A stretch of DNA of 64,000 bases from Lytechinus pictus (lineage: Eukaryota). Shown here piece by piece: positions 63,069 through 64,000 of this stretch (the stretch's first letter is position 1; each line of letters opens with the position of its first letter). A program made the position numbers and the translations under genes. Location of the stretch: NCBI RefSeq assembly GCF_037042905.1, contig NC_087247.1, positions 5,208,001 to 5,272,000 on the forward strand, written 5' to 3'. The notes below the pieces were generated by a model. That model saw only the letters and a program-made list of their open reading frames with translations. It did no database searches and was not told the DNA's origin.

Positions 63069-64000
63069 ATGGACAGATTGTTTGTCATCGTTCTGTTTGT
63101 TGCTATGGCAACCATTACGACGGCAGCTCCTGGTAAGTCTATATAAAGATTAATGAATTTCTGTCATGGAGAATCATAACAAATTTGACTCTATCTTCTT
63201 GAAACGGCCTGTAATTACTTTACATTCTCCGAGAATGTCAAGTAGTTATAGACCGTTTCAAGACCATTTTTATTATTATCAATCGGTAAGAATATATTCC
63301 GTAACTCACATAATTATTTTGTAGGCCTAAACAGCCCATGGGCCCTCATGGGCCAGCCGTACGCATCTAGTCGCTTGTCTCACCCGAGCTTTTTGTATTA
63401 CCTTGTGATGTCAATATAAGGACAAGTTTTGTTTTCTTCAAATCAGTAGAACCTTTGATGTCCTATATCTGCATTAAAAAGGAAGCCTTATTTTTGTTAA
63501 AATTCCAAAAATGAAAAATCACAATTCCTTTCAAGCCGGGTATCCCTATTGCATAATGAATGTAATTGCATAGAAAGAGAGTTCTCCACGGTGATTCGTT
63601 GTGATGTGTTTACCGATAAATGACCGAATCTTTGAAAAAAATGTAAAAAAGGATGACATGGTTGAGGTTTCAGCTGAGAAATTTCATATACCAGGAGCAT
63701 TTGATTGGTTTACATTCCAAGTTTTAAAAAAGCTAGGTTTCTCATGATTTTTTATTCTTGGCACAAATAATGCCAAAATCCGAAATGTATTCACAAAACC
63801 CAAACTTTGAAATTACATTTAAAATGATTATCCCTACATTTTCTGAATCCACTTCATTTCTTCTTTCCATCGTAATTTTTCACTCATGTAGTTAACCAGA
63901 GCACAAGTGTGGAAGTTAAAGAACCACCGCAGAACATGTCAAGCGGCCAAATAGACACGATAGAGGGACCGAAAGAAGTATCGAGTCGTGAAGGAGAGGA
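63069..64000 (+). CDS. Cluster gene 8 (partial, runs off the window): secreted protein related to gene 7
   Basis: Exon 63069-63132 (MDRLFVIVLFVAMATITTAAP, donor G|GTAAGT) and exon from 63892 (VNQSTSVEVKEPPQNMSSGQIDTIEGPKEVSSREGE...), open to the window end. EPPQNMSSGQID resembles gene 7 EPQLLSSGEID. Confidence 0.75.

Overview
Eukaryotic, AT-rich, repeat-rich DNA with three assembly gaps. An echinoid (sea urchin) origin is my inference from the repeat families and gene content. The window holds a tandem cluster of at least eight spliced paralogous genes, which the ORF track only shows in fragments, encoding secreted low-complexity acidic proteins. Each has a TATA box, a 64-73 nt signal-peptide coding exon and a phase-1 intron. 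Genes 1-6 then have a furin-type R-x-R-R site followed by Gly/Asp/Cys-rich blocks; genes 1-4 and 6 have SSEE/SGEE phosphorylation-like clusters, and genes 1-5 share a Pro/Val motif (QAPEIHYEVVEKPIYIPVP). Genes 1-3 carry a C-terminal Kazal exon, genes 4-6 lack it, gene 7 is an extreme Asp/Cys protein, and gene 8 (truncated by the window edge) is its relative. The best reading is a biomineral-matrix (possibly tooth) phosphoprotein cluster paralleling vertebrate SCPP genes. Between the genes lie a decayed Tc1 transposon, a CR1-type LINE fragment, many MITEs and SINEs, an ~8.4 kb satellite of ~21-bp monomers with higher-order repeats, and a 410-bp tandem repeat carrying a tRNA-like cloverleaf with a TCA anticodon. 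Gene models were built by hand from splice signals and frame arithmetic, without transcript evidence.
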